A stretch of 64,000 bases of DNA, from positions 2,176,001 through 2,240,000 of the forward strand of contig CBDAOI010000004.1 in the NCBI GenBank assembly GCA_965198005.1. Direction: 5' to 3'. Under the pieces are notes generated by a model. It was not told where the DNA came from. It was given only the letters and a program-made list of their open reading frames with translations, and searched no databases. This DNA is from Spirochaetia bacterium (GTDB lineage Bacteria; Spirochaetota; Spirochaetia; SZUA-6; Bin103). A program made the translations under genes and the position numbers. Each line of letters opens with the position of its first letter. Within the stretch, counting starts at the first letter, position 1. Shown piece after piece: positions 53,148 to 63,629 of the stretch.

Positions 53148-53895
53148 ATGCCGGTCGGTATCTACTCGGCGATCCGCCCGGACACGGCCGCCGACTACGT
53201 GGGCCGGTCGCTGGCCATCCTCGGCTTGGCCACGCCCAACTTCTGGCTGGCCACCATGGTCATCGTGTTTCCCGCAATCTGGTGGCGCTGGTCGCCGCCG
53301 CTGGTGCTGGTCTCGTTCGCGGAAGACCCGCTCAGGAGCCTGGCCGGGTTCGCCGTTCCCAGCCTGATCCTGGGGACCTATCTGTCCGCGGCGACCATGC
53401 GGATGACGCGGACGATGATGCTGGAGGTGCTCAGACAGGACTACATCAGGACCGCGTGGTCCAAGGGGCTGCTGGAACGCGCGGTGATCCTGCGCCACGC
53501 CGTCAAGAACGCGCTGATCCCGGTGGTCAGCCTGGTCGCCCTGCAGGTGCCGATCCTGGTGGGCGGCTCGGTCATCATGGAGAACATCTTCAACCTGCCG
53601 GGGCTGGGACGGCTGCTGGTGGATGCGCTCACCATCAGAGACTACCCGATCGTGTCCGGCGTCAACCTGGTGTTCGCCACCGTGGTGGTGGCGGTCAATC
53701 TGGTGACCGACCTCTCGTACGCGCTGATCGATCCGCGCGTGCGCTACCGGGGCGCGGTGATCGCCGCCAAGGAGCACGTCTACTTCGAGGCGGCGCGGGC
53801 GGTCGGCAGCTCGCGCTGGCGGACGCTGCTGCACCACCTGCTGCCCAACATCGCGCCGGTGCTGATCGTCATCTACAGCATCAACATCGGCGCGC
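53148..53895 (+). pseudogene. Chimeric duplicate of the ABC permeases at 59749-61580
   Basis: Matches 59953-60553, then jumps to 61136-61283 (DPRVRY|RGAVIAAKE). Confidence 0.88.
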
Positions 53896-54068
53896 GGTTG
53901 ACGGCTGTCGCAGGGTCGGCTATGGTGACCGTCTTGGGGTCCCGACGGATGCGGGGAAGAGCTTCGCGCCAATGGCATCCTGGAGCTTCGCGGGCTCCTT
54001 ACAGGGACCGAGTTCAGTGAAGCCGAGCCGGGCGCCCCTGCCGTAGGGCGCCGGCTCCGCCAACGCTG

Positions 54069-54450
54069 GTGGACAGTTCCGTTCGTGCGTGCCGGCAGAT
54101 CGACGCGGCGCGGGTGCGCATCACCGGCGGCGCGTGGCGCGACACGCTGGCCCAGGTCGTCGCACAGGCGGCAGCGGGACTCGGATGCCCTCCCGAGCAT
54201 ACTTCCGCGCAACTGTACAAGCTGTTGGTGTACGAGCCGGGCGGGTTCTTCGCCTCGCACCGGGATACCGAGAAGGTGGACGGCATGGTCGCCACGCTGG
54301 TGGTGTCGCTGCCGGTGGCGGGCGCCGGCGGCGAACTGGTCATCCGTCATGGCGAGCGCGAGGCCGTCGTCGACCTGTGCGCCACCGAGCCCTCCGAGCT
54401 TGCCTTCGCCGCCTTCTACGCGGATTGCGTCCACGAAATCCGGCCAGTAC
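54069..54450 (+). pseudogene. 2OG-Fe(II) oxygenase fragment
   Basis: LYKLLVYEPGGFFASHRDTEK..GMVATLVV...AFYADCVHEIRPV, cut at both ends. Confidence 0.75.
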
Positions 54451-56177
54451 TACCTGGTGACGGTCAGCAGCGTGCCGGCCGCCAGGCCGTGCGCAGCGCC
54501 GACCACGTCCTCGGACCCGTCCGGCCAGCGGATGCTGAGCCGCTGCGGGCGCTCGCCGGCGGGGAAGCCGAAGTGGACGCGGGGCGGATTGCTCGACAGG
54601 TAGCCGCTGGTCGCCTCCACGTCGCGCCGGTAGCCGGCGGCATCGGTGTCCAGCCGCAACGAGGCGCCGATCGCGAACCGGTTGGCCGTGCCGGACCAGA
54701 TCAGGTCCACCTGCAGGCTCGCCCCGCCGCACAGGCGGTTCTCGAACAGCAGCGACGGCGCCCGGTAGTTGTTGACCACGACGTCCAGGTCGCCGTCGCG
54801 GTCGAGATCGCCCAGCGCCATGCCGCGCCCGCTCTCGGTGGCGCCCAGCCCCCATTCCGGAGCGGCCACGAAGCGCCCCCCACCCACGTTGCGTAGCGCC
54901 TGGTTCTCTTCGACCAGCTCGGCGTCCTCCAGTTTGCCGAACGGGTGGCCGATCATGCCGTTCACGGCGTACAGGTCCAGGTCGCCATCGTTGTCCAGGT
55001 CCCCGAACTGCGCCGACCAGCTCCAGCCGGTGGCGGCGACCCCTGATTGGCCGGCCGTGTCCACGTACGATCCGTCCTCCCGCCGGGTCTGGAGCACGTT
55101 GGCCGCGGCCTGGACGCCGTCGCCCACCGGGGTCGCCGCTCCGCCCGGTTGCAGCAGCGGCCCCCAGGCTTCGTCGATGTCCGCACCCGCGCGGTAGGGG
55201 CTCATGTCCGCCGCGAACAGTTCGATCTGACCGTCGTTGTCCACGTCGCCGGTGGCGAATCCCATGGTGTTGCGGGTGGTCACCGGGAACGGGCTGCCCG
55301 GGCGCCACCACGACCGGTGCGGGCGCGTCGGATCGGGCGTGCGGAGGAACACGTTATCCGGGACGTCATAGTCGTTGCCCACGACGATGTCGCTCAGCGC
55401 GTCACCATCGACGTCGATCAGCACGATGGCCAGTGCCATCGCGCCTTCGGCGAGGTGCTGTGCCCGGAACTGAAACTCGCCCTGCTCGAACGGGCTGCGC
55501 CGGTCGCGCGGCCCCAGGTTCTCGTAGTACCAGACACCCCGCTGCCGGGTTCGGGCCTCGGAAACGTTCCTCGTCACGAAGTTCCGGTATGCCTCCATCG
55601 CCTCGCGCCGCTCCAGCTCGGCGTCGTAGGTGGCGCCGACGAGGTCGAGATCCCGGTCGCCATCGAGATCGCCCCACGCCATCGAGTAAATGGGATGGCG
55701 AGCGATGAACTGTTCGTCGTCCACGATCCGGAAGGCGCGGCCGCCGCTCCCCCGCAGCCACCGCGGACGCTCGTCGGTGCGCGTGGCGACGATGTCCTGA
55801 TGGCCGTCGCCGTCCACGTCCACGATGCTCACCGCGCGCGCCCCGACGAGCTCGAGCGCGACGGCTTCGAACGCCAGATCGCCGAGCCCGCCCCGGTTCC
55901 AGAGCACCTTCGCCGGGCCGTGCAGGCCGCCGAGCACCACGTCGAGCCAGCCATCGCCATCGAGGTCGGCGATCGCGACGCCCGCGCCGTTGCTGTCGAA
56001 CGGCATCGGCAGGTTCGGCACCGGCTGCACCGAGTGCGGCAACGGCCGCGCCACGAACACTCCCGCGCAACTCGACTCACTGCTGATCGGGGTGACTGCG
56101 ACGTGGGGAGCCGCGCCGAGCTGGCCCGCGCCCAGCAAAGCTGCCGCCCACACCGCACCCCTCCAACGTCCTGACAT
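54450..56177 (-). CDS. CRTAC1-family secreted protein (FG-GAP repeats + ASPIC/UnbV)
   Basis: Signal peptide; repeated GDLDxDGDLD; SGYLS..PPRVHFG, IRWPDG. Confidence 0.88.
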   Translation of the reverse strand: MSGRWRGAVWAAALLGAGQLGAAPHVAVTPISSESSCAGVFVARPLPHSVQPVPNLPMPFDSNGAGVAIADLDGDGWLDVVLGGLHGPAKVLWNRGGLGDLAFEAVALELVGARAVSIVDVDGDGHQDIVATRTDERPRWLRGSGGRAFRIVDDEQFIARHPIYSMAWGDLDGDRDLDLVGATYDAELERREAMEAYRNFVTRNVSEARTRQRGVWYYENLGPRDRRSPFEQGEFQFRAQHLAEGAMALAIVLIDVDGDALSDIVVGNDYDVPDNVFLRTPDPTRPHRSWWRPGSPFPVTTRNTMGFATGDVDNDGQIELFAADMSPYRAGADIDEAWGPLLQPGGAATPVGDGVQAAANVLQTRREDGSYVDTAGQSGVAATGWSWSAQFGDLDNDGDLDLYAVNGMIGHPFGKLEDAELVEENQALRNVGGGRFVAAPEWGLGATESGRGMALGDLDRDGDLDVVVNNYRAPSLLFENRLCGGASLQVDLIWSGTANRFAIGASLRLDTDAAGYRRDVEATSGYLSSNPPRVHFGFPAGERPQRLSIRWPDGSEDVVGAAHGLAAGTLLTVTR

Positions 56178-56237
56178 CGGCGCACATGAAACCACACCCG
56201 CCGGCACGTCCACAAGGCTGCGCGCAGGTCACGCAGG

Positions 56238-57038
56238 TCATGTCAGCAACCGCAGCACGTCGTCTCGGTTGACCAGATCAATCTCTTCCTGGCGTTCGAG
56301 AAACGGACGCAGGTCGGTCACGGCGCGACCCCAATCCATGGCATCCAAGCGCTCGGCGAGCGACCGCCGCCACGTGTGCGGCGCCATCTCCGGACCGCGC
56401 CAACCGGTCTGCCCGAGTGCCGCGTTGAGCAGAGGGAAATTGGGCGGCGGCCATCCCGGGTCGCTCAGATACCAGCTCAGGTCGTACAGGTCGCGTCCCT
56501 TGGTGTAGGGGCGCTGCAGCACGGCATGCAGCTTGCCGGCGAGCAGGGACGCGCGGTCATGGTGAAACAACCGGAGCGTCTCGTGACGGCGTACCAGGCT
56601 GGTGTCCATCGTCGCTCCGGCGGGGGGCCGGGTGTCCACTTCGATCTTGATGGCGAGCACTTCGGCCGGGTGCGGCGACAGACCGATTTCGTACAGCAGG
56701 CCCGGGAACCGCACCAGGGCACTGTGCACCGTGCGGGAGTCCCGAACGCGCAGGTCGATGCGGTAGTGCTCCGCCGCCAGTTCGCCGCGGATCGTTTGCA
56801 GCCAGCCGCGCAGTCGGTACCCACCGTATTCGCCTTCCAAGGCGAAATCGAGGTCTTCGGAATAGCGCGGCAGGCTGAACAGGAAACGCAGGCACGTGCC
56901 CCCGTGAAACGCCAGTGAGGTCATCGCGCCGGCGCGCTGCAGCGCTCCGAGAATGCGCGCCTGCAGGTACTCGCGCGCGACGTTGCGGCCCCGCAGCGGC
57001 CCGCGTCCCTGCACGAGCTGTCGCAGGTGATCCTTCAC
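56238..57038 (-). CDS. abiEii: AbiEii/AbiGii nucleotidyltransferase toxin
   Basis: FHGGTCLR, RYSEDLDF, KLHA, KGRDLYDL. Confidence 0.9.
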   Translation of the reverse strand: MKDHLRQLVQGRGPLRGRNVAREYLQARILGALQRAGAMTSLAFHGGTCLRFLFSLPRYSEDLDFALEGEYGGYRLRGWLQTIRGELAAEHYRIDLRVRDSRTVHSALVRFPGLLYEIGLSPHPAEVLAIKIEVDTRPPAGATMDTSLVRRHETLRLFHHDRASLLAGKLHAVLQRPYTKGRDLYDLSWYLSDPGWPPPNFPLLNAALGQTGWRGPEMAPHTWRRSLAERLDAMDWGRAVTDLRPFLERQEEIDLVNRDDVLRLLT

Positions 57039-57670
57039 AGGGTGTCGTAGCCCGGCGCCTCGCCGGCAATACGGCGAATGCGGCCGGCGGCGCGCGCCAG
57101 CTTCGGCGTCGCACAGGTCTCGGCAAACGACTCCAACCGTTCGAGGCGCAACCGGTCGAAATCAAGCCGCAACTCGCGGAGATACGCCGCGTCGTCGCCG
57201 CCGGGCTGCAGATGGATCAGGTCGAGCAGCGCCTTCTCCGGCTCCGCCACGAAAGCGCGCTGCCCGTCGCCCAGGTCCACCTGGCGATAGCCGAACAGCA
57301 AGCCGGGCTTCAGGTGGCGGAAGGAACACCTGCCGAACGCCGTATGGCGCAGCTGCGGCCGCCCCGGCGTGACGCTGGTCACTTCGGCCACGTACTCCGG
57401 AATCGCCTGGACCAAGGCCAACGCCGACAGACCGCTGACGTAGGACCCCGGCACCAGCCGGTTCGCCACGAGGAACGGATGCGGGAGCCGTTTCTCCCAG
57501 GGCGGCGCCAGGGTATACAGTCCGCGCCGCAGTTGCCGAATCCTCCCGCTGCGCGTCCAGCGCGAGAGCTGGCGCCGCAGATCGGCAGGGTCAACGGCCC
57601 CCGCCAGCAGCAACCCGGTCTCGAACAGCGGCTCATCCGCCACGATCTCCGCCAACTCCTGAAATCGCAT
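57035..57670 (-). CDS. abiEi: AbiEi-type antitoxin/transcriptional regulator
   Basis: LRRGLY, SYVSGLSAL, IPE, AEPEKALLD; 4-nt overlap with the toxin gene. Confidence 0.85.
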   Translation of the reverse strand: MRFQELAEIVADEPLFETGLLLAGAVDPADLRRQLSRWTRSGRIRQLRRGLYTLAPPWEKRLPHPFLVANRLVPGSYVSGLSALALVQAIPEYVAEVTSVTPGRPQLRHTAFGRCSFRHLKPGLLFGYRQVDLGDGQRAFVAEPEKALLDLIHLQPGGDDAAYLRELRLDFDRLRLERLESFAETCATPKLARAAGRIRRIAGEAPGYDTL

Positions 57671-57694
57671 TGCGACAAGTTACCATTTACGGCA

Positions 57695-57710
57695 GACTGT
57701 TGCCACAGTC
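57695..57710. promoter_or_regulatory. Palindromic operator upstream of abiEi
   Basis: GACTGT-TGCC-ACAGTC. Confidence 0.55.
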
Positions 57711-57835
57711 AGACCCCCACAAGCCCCACAAAGCGCGGACGGCACGGAGCGCACTGCCTCGCAACGGCGCGCGGATGCGCTGGGGGTGGTGGCGGAGAGC
57801 GCGCTGGCGGGCAAGCTGGATCCGGGCGCGGCCGG

Positions 57836-58250
57836 TGACCGCTTGTGCAGCGCTCATCCTGGACGACGTCCGCGCCGGACTGCGTCTGTCCCTGGATGCG
57901 AGTTGGTCGTTGCTGGGAATCCAGCCTGACCTCTCGGCCTGGGGGAAGGCGATCGCCAGCGGCGAGCCCCTGTCAGCCATCCTCGGCAGCGAGCCCTACC
58001 GCGAAGCGGCCACGTCCATCTTCGTGACCGGATCGCTCTGGTACCAGGGGGCGCCGCTGGCGGCGGCCATCGAGACGCTCGAGCTGCTCGCCGAGGTGGA
58101 CGCTCCGGCCCTGCTGCAGCGCATGGGTCAACTGTTCCGCGACGGCCTCGCGGAGCAGTCCACCCGTTACGGCCACGCGCTCCGCCAGACCGGCCCCCGC
58201 AGATGCCCACCGTCATGTACGACGAGTGCGTTCCGCGATCAACGTCCAGG
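57836..58250 (+). pseudogene. Class III aminotransferase internal fragment (paralogue of 14212-15468)
   Basis: ALILDDVRAGLR...PDLSAWGKAIASG...IFVTGSLW. Confidence 0.75.
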
Positions 58251-58273
58251 CATGAGGGAATTGAAGAATCCGC

Positions 58274-59653
58274 AACATCCGCCTGGGCGTTCGCTGGCAT
58301 GACAAGGCGCCGATGAACGGTCGCGCGCTGACCGCCGCGGACATCGAATTCAACTACCACCGGATGATGGGCCTCGGCAGCGGCTTCACCGAGCGGTTGT
58401 ACGGATCCGATCTTTTGGTCGGCGTCGAGGTCGAGTCGGTAACGGCCACCGACAGCTCGACGGTGGAGTTCAAGCTGGCGAGGCCAAGCGTCTCTGTTCT
58501 TGCCAAGATCATCCAGGGGCCGATTAACTTGATCTATCCGCCCGAGGTCATTCGGGCAGAGGGGGACGGCGAGGACTGGCGGGATCTGGTCGGCACCGGT
58601 CCCTATTCCCTCACCGACTGGACCAAGGGCAGCTCAATCACCTATGACAAGAATCCCGACTACTGGGGCTTCGACGAGAAGTTTCCGGACAACCGCCTCC
58701 CCTATTTCGACCAGTTACACGGGCTGATCATGCCCGAAGCGGCGACGTACCTGTCGGCGCTGCGCACCGGCCAGCTCGACTACGTGGGGGCGCTCACGCT
58801 CACCCAATTGCGGACTATTGATCAGCTGGAGAGCCTGCAGCGGACCAACCCGGAGCTCGTGCCCTCTCCGTATGGCCTACGGTCGGACAATGCGGTCGCC
58901 CCGAACACCCAGGTGGAGCCCTTTGGCGATATCCGAGTACGCAAGGCGCTGCAGATGGCGATCAACCTCGAGGAGATCAACCAGGGATTCTATAAAGGCT
59001 TTGCAGATACCATCCCCCAGGGACAGATCAGCCGCTTCAATGGGGCCGTCGCGGTCCAGTTCGATGAGTGGCCGGCAGATGTCAGGAAGGTATTCGAGTA
59101 TGACCCAGCCGGTGCCGAGGCGCTGCTCGACGAGGCGGGCTATCCGCGCGGCGCCGACGGCGTCAGATTCAAGACCGAGATCTTGCACCTCGAGCGTTAC
59201 GATCTGAACCACACCGAGCTCCTGATCAGTTACTGGGACGCCATCGGCGTCAAGGTAGAGGCCGAGGTGCGAGGGGGAGCTGAGTACGGGGCCAGAAGAA
59301 ACGCTCGAGAATATGAGCTCATCACGGCGGAAGGGGCTTGCAAGTGCCCCGCAATCCAAATTCTGGGGAAATTCCTTCCGACGGCAGGATGGAACACCTC
59401 CAATGTCGACGACCAGTGGTACCAGGCCAAGTTCGACGAGGCCGCTGGCGCGACCACGCTTGACGAGCAAAACGCGGCGCTCCGCGAGCTGGATATGTAC
59501 TCGATCGAGCAGTTCTGGCAGCTCTTCGGGCCAATTGGGCCGCAGTTCAACCTGGTCCAGCCGTGGGTCGCGGGATTCAACGGCGAGTCCACGATGGGAT
59601 GGGCCAGAGCAGTCTTCTGGCGCATCTGGTTCGATAGCAGCCTGAAGCCGTAG
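58274..59653 (+). pseudogene. ABC family 5 substrate-binding protein, N-terminally truncated
   Basis: Begins mid-domain at NIRLGVRWHDKAPMNGR; VGTGPY, KNPDYW, DIRVRKALQMAIN; no signal peptide. Confidence 0.75.
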
Positions 59654-59748
59654 AGCACGGCGCGTTTGCTGCTGGGGTGGGGTCGCGCACGGCCGGCGGC
59701 CGGCCCTGCTCCCCAGCTCAGTCCCCCACAAACGATGGAGCGTAATAG

Positions 59749-60558
59749 ATGAGGGCGTATGCCGTCCGGCGGCTGTTGATGGTCATCCCGACCCTGTTCC
59801 TCGTGACCGTCCTGGTGTTTCTGTCGGTCCGCTTCCTCCCGGGCGATCAGGCACTGATGGGCGGCGATACGGTGGAGCAGAGCATCGCCCAGAGACTACC
59901 GGTGACCATTCAGCTTGGCCTGATGGCGATCGTCATCGGGCTGGTGATAGCCGTGCCGGTCGGTATCTACTCGGCGATCCGCCAGGATACCGCCGCCGAC
60001 TACGTGGGGCGCTCGCTGGCCATTCTCGGGCTGGCGACGCCCAACTTCTGGCTGGCCACCATGGTGATCCTGTTTCCCGCCGTCTGGTGGCGCTGGTCCC
60101 CGCCGTTGGTGCTGGTCTCGTTCGCGGAAGACCCGCTCGGGAGCCTGGCTGGATTCGCCATTCCCAGCCTGATCCTCGGGACCTACCTGTCCGCGGCGAC
60201 CATGCGGATGACGCGGACGATGATGCTGGAGGTGCTCAGACAGGACTACATCAGGACCGCGTGGTCCAAGGGGTTGCTGGAGCGATCGGTGATTCTGCGC
60301 CACGCGGTCAAGAACACCCTCATCCCGGTGGTCAGCCTGGTCGCCCTGCAGGTGCCGATCCTGGTGGGCGGCTCGGTCATCATCGAGAACATCTTCAACC
60401 TGCCGGGGCTGGGGCGGCTGCTGGTGGATGCGCTTTCGATCAGGGACTACCCGATCGTGTCCGGCGTCAACTTGGTGTTCGCCACCGTGGTGGTGGCGGT
60501 CAATCTGGTGACCGACCTCTCGTACGCGATGATCGACCCGCGCGTGCGCTACCAGTAG
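59749..60558 (+). CDS. DppB-like ABC permease with apparent in-frame N-terminal deletion
   Basis: PGD..LMGG joins directly to EQSIAQRLPVT; LRQDYIRTAWSKGL; IDPRVRY. Confidence 0.8.
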   Translation: MRAYAVRRLLMVIPTLFLVTVLVFLSVRFLPGDQALMGGDTVEQSIAQRLPVTIQLGLMAIVIGLVIAVPVGIYSAIRQDTAADYVGRSLAILGLATPNFWLATMVILFPAVWWRWSPPLVLVSFAEDPLGSLAGFAIPSLILGTYLSAATMRMTRTMMLEVLRQDYIRTAWSKGLLERSVILRHAVKNTLIPVVSLVALQVPILVGGSVIIENIFNLPGLGRLLVDALSIRDYPIVSGVNLVFATVVVAVNLVTDLSYAMIDPRVRYQ

Positions 60559-60611
60559 GGCACCGGATGCGCACGTTCGCGGCGTTCCTGACCAACAGGC
60601 GCGGTCGCTCC

Positions 60612-61580
60612 ATGACGCCGAAGCCCGTGCAGACCGGTGCACGGGGTGCGCAGGGTTCGCCCGCTGGAGGAGGTTTCCTGACTCGGCTGCGGCGGGAGAA
60701 GCCGCTGGCGGTGGTGCTCGGGAGCGTGCTGCTGCTGTTGATCGGGGTGGCGCTGTTGGCCGACGTGCTGGCGCCGTTCGCGCCCAACGAGGTGTTCCTG
60801 ATGGACCGGCTGCAGGGCTCCTCGGCGCGCTATCCGCTGGGCACCGACCAGTTGGGACGCGACTTCATGAGTCGTCTGATCTACGGCGCTCGCCTCACCC
60901 TGGGCGTCGGCCTGGCCGCGACCGCCGTCAACGTGCTGGTGGCGCTGGTCGTGGGCGGCGTTGCCGGCTTCATCGGTGGCCGGCTCGACCTGACCGTGCA
61001 GCGCTTCGTCGATGCCTGGATGTCGATTCCCGGCCTGCTGATCCTGCTGACGGTGATGTCGGTGGTCGGCCGGGGGGTGCTGCAGATCATCGTGGTGCTG
61101 GGGGTGCTGGGCGGCATCGGCGCCTCGCGGGTGGTCCGGGGCGCGGTGATCGCCGCCAAGGAGAACGTCTACTTCGAGGCGGCGCGGGCGGTCGGCAGCT
61201 CGCGCTGGCGCACCCTGCTGCGCCACCTGCTGCCCAACATCGCGCCGGTGCTGATCGTCATCTACAGCATCAACATCGGCGCGGTGGTGATCAGCGAGGC
61301 TTCCTTGAGCTTCCTCGGGTTCGGGCTGCCCACTACCGTGCCGAGTTGGGGCGGCATGCTCAGCCGCGAGGGGCGCCAGTACATGGAGATCGCGCCGCGG
61401 CTGGCGGTGTGGCCGGGCCTGTGTCTGACGGTGGTGGTGTACTGCCTGAACATGGTCGGCGACGCGGTGCGCGACCTGCTCGACCCGCGCCTGCGCGGCG
61501 GCAGCGGCCGGCTCGGCGCCTACGGCGCGCAGGCGGTCAGAAAAGCTACGCTGCCCGCACAGCCCGCGCGGAAGCTGTAG
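60612..61580 (+). CDS. DppC-like ABC permease
   Basis: LGTDQLGRD, EAARAVG, HLLPN, EASLSFLG, GDAVRDLLDP. Confidence 0.9.
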   Translation: MTPKPVQTGARGAQGSPAGGGFLTRLRREKPLAVVLGSVLLLLIGVALLADVLAPFAPNEVFLMDRLQGSSARYPLGTDQLGRDFMSRLIYGARLTLGVGLAATAVNVLVALVVGGVAGFIGGRLDLTVQRFVDAWMSIPGLLILLTVMSVVGRGVLQIIVVLGVLGGIGASRVVRGAVIAAKENVYFEAARAVGSSRWRTLLRHLLPNIAPVLIVIYSINIGAVVISEASLSFLGFGLPTTVPSWGGMLSREGRQYMEIAPRLAVWPGLCLTVVVYCLNMVGDAVRDLLDPRLRGGSGRLGAYGAQAVRKATLPAQPARKL

Positions 61581-61581
61581 G

Positions 61582-61615
61582 TCGACAAATGATGGACCAT
61601 GGTCATAATCCATGG
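61582..61615 (+). promoter_or_regulatory. TA operon promoter with operator palindromes
   Basis: TCGACA-16 nt-CATAAT overlapped by GACCATGGTC and a second CCATGG. Confidence 0.55.
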
Positions 61616-61631
61616 TACTATCGGCGGAGAC

Positions 61632-61877
61632 ATGGAGGAGATTCAGATCTCAACGTTCAAGGCCACCTGTCTCGCCGTTCTGGATCGCGTGGGGAAGACG
61701 CGCGTTCCGGTGCTTGTGACGCGATTTGGCAAGCCAGTCGCGCAGATCGTCCCGCCTCCCCCCGCTGCGCCGGACGACGGGTGGCTGGGCTGCATGCGGG
61801 ACCGCACGACAATCGTCGGTGACATCGTTTCCGCCGCGTCGGATCCGTCGGACTGGGACGTGCTGCGCCAGACATGA
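61632..61877 (+). CDS. Phd/YefM family antitoxin
   Basis: ISTFKATCLAVLDRV...VLVTRFGKPVAQIVP. Confidence 0.9.
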   Translation: MEEIQISTFKATCLAVLDRVGKTRVPVLVTRFGKPVAQIVPPPPAAPDDGWLGCMRDRTTIVGDIVSAASDPSDWDVLRQT

Positions 61878-62272
61878 AGCTGCTGCTCGATACCCACATC
61901 TGGGTGTGGAGCGTGGCGGACGAGTCACGCCTGACCGACATGGTGCGGCGCACCTTGGATGACCCAGCGCACGAGCGGTGGATTTCCGCCATCAGCGTCT
62001 GGGAAGTCCTGATCCTGGCTGAGCGAGGACGCTTGATTCTGGAACCCGATGCGCGGAGCTGGGTACGTCAGGCGTTGGCCGATGCACCCCTGCGCGAGGC
62101 TCCTGTCACGATCGAGGTGGCGTTAGCCAGCCGCGGCGTACGGCTACGGAATCAGGATCCAGCGGACCGCTTCATCGCCGCGAGCGCCATGGTGTTCGGC
62201 ATGACGCTGGTCACGGCCGACGGCGATCTGTGCGACTGCCCGGATATCGACGTGCTTCCCAATACCGGCTGA
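61874..62272 (+). CDS. vapC: VapC PIN-domain toxin
   Basis: LLLDTH, SAISVWE, DPADRFI, LVTAD; ATGA overlap with the antitoxin. Confidence 0.9.
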   Translation: MKLLLDTHIWVWSVADESRLTDMVRRTLDDPAHERWISAISVWEVLILAERGRLILEPDARSWVRQALADAPLREAPVTIEVALASRGVRLRNQDPADRFIAASAMVFGMTLVTADGDLCDCPDIDVLPNTG

Positions 62273-62389
62273 CCATCCCGCGCGGAAGTGACCCCGCCCG
62301 CGGTCGCCGTAGTTGCGATGCGCAGCTGGTTATCCCAGGGACAGGGTTTCCGGTACGAACAGGTCCGCCGGGGCAACCGCTTGCGGTAT

Positions 62390-62892
62390 CTATCCCTGGT
62401 CCACGTTGAACCGGATGAAGGTCTCCAGAGTCTTGCGCGAACTCTCGAAGCTGTAGGGCAAGGGGTCGTCGCCGACGGTCTCCGCCAGCTTCAGCAGCGG
62501 CCGATCCCCGGCGTCGGCGGCGGCGCCGGAGCGCAGGCGGCGCAGGAACTGGGACCTGGCCTCGTTGAACAGGCGAAACAGCTCGGTCGCGAGACCGGCG
62601 TGCGACTGTGGCTGACGGGATAGACCCCGGTCTTGCGGTGCCAGGCGTCGTCGGCCTGGCGCGATGGCGGCGTCGATCTCGCCCGCCAGCAGCATCCGGC
62701 CGAGGTCGTTGTTGGGCGACGCCACCACGTTGGACGGCGCGACGTACTCCTCGACGTGTTTGTCGGTTGCCAGCACCCAGGTGACCGCGCCCAGGTCAAC
62801 GCCGTATTCGGTCGCCAGGATGCCGCGCGTCCAGACGCCCGTCGTGAACCTGTAGCTGCGGACGCCCACCCTCCGGCCTTCGAGGTCACCAC
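62390..62892 (-). pseudogene. Fragment of 4,5-dihydroxyphthalate decarboxylase-like / substrate-binding-fold gene
   Basis: DLEGRRVGVRSY..TTGVWTRGIL..EYGVD; MLLAGEIDAAI; TGVYP; DPLPY; frameshifted. Confidence 0.65.
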
Positions 62893-63134
62893 CTACGACG
62901 CCGACTCACGACGGACCTCCAACCGGTTGCAGGCGGACTCCTCCCAGGCTTGGCGGGTGAAGGTGCGGCAGGTGACGGGGGTACGGCGGGCGCGGCAGAC
63001 GGCGCGGCGGCGGCGCATGTTGGCGCGCTCGGTCCACCCGCACCGGAAGTAGGAGACGAGGTAGTGGCAACGGTTGCCCGTGCAGCCGATGGCCCGCGCT
63101 GCCGCCTTCCACTGGCGATCGTGGCCGTGCCCCC

Positions 63135-63320
63135 GGCCGCAGACGCAAATTCGCGATGTCGTCACTGCCGCCCTGCGCCACCGGCACGATGTGATCGATC
63201 TGCCGCTGCACGGTCCATAACCGCAGGTCACGCCGGTGAGCGGGTCCTGGTAGCAGCAAGCCCCACCGTCCCTCCGCCACACCGCACATCGCCCCGCCGC
63301 CGGAATGTGCGGCCGCCCGC
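63135..63320 (-). pseudogene. HNH endonuclease fragment
   Basis: RPHIPAA..AVWRRDGGACCY...C / QIDHIVPVAQGGSDDIANLRL. Confidence 0.7.
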
Positions 63321-63629
63321 TGCGTGCGCGCGTGGATTCGGGTGCTGGTGGCCGCGCCGCCTTGGGTGCAACGGTGCCCACGGTAATCCCTTCGATGGCA
63401 TCGAAGTGCTCCCGGTAAGGGAATTCCTCACTGCCCTGCGGGATGGTGCGATTCTCGACGAGTAGTAGACGAGTAGCATACGTGCGCTTGCTGAGTCGCC
63501 GCACACTTCGATCTTGATGGCGCTTGAGCGAGATCGCGTGTGGTGTACCGGCGGTGCGTGGCGCGGGTGCGTGCGGGTGCGGTGCGTGCGTGGCTTGACG
63601 CCGCCGGCGAGGACACTTACCGTTGCGCC

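Noticed and set aside
63385-63465. DGIEVLPVREFL, resembling the C-terminus of DUF4143-type ATPases
   Set aside because: About 25 codons only; cannot be supported without a search.
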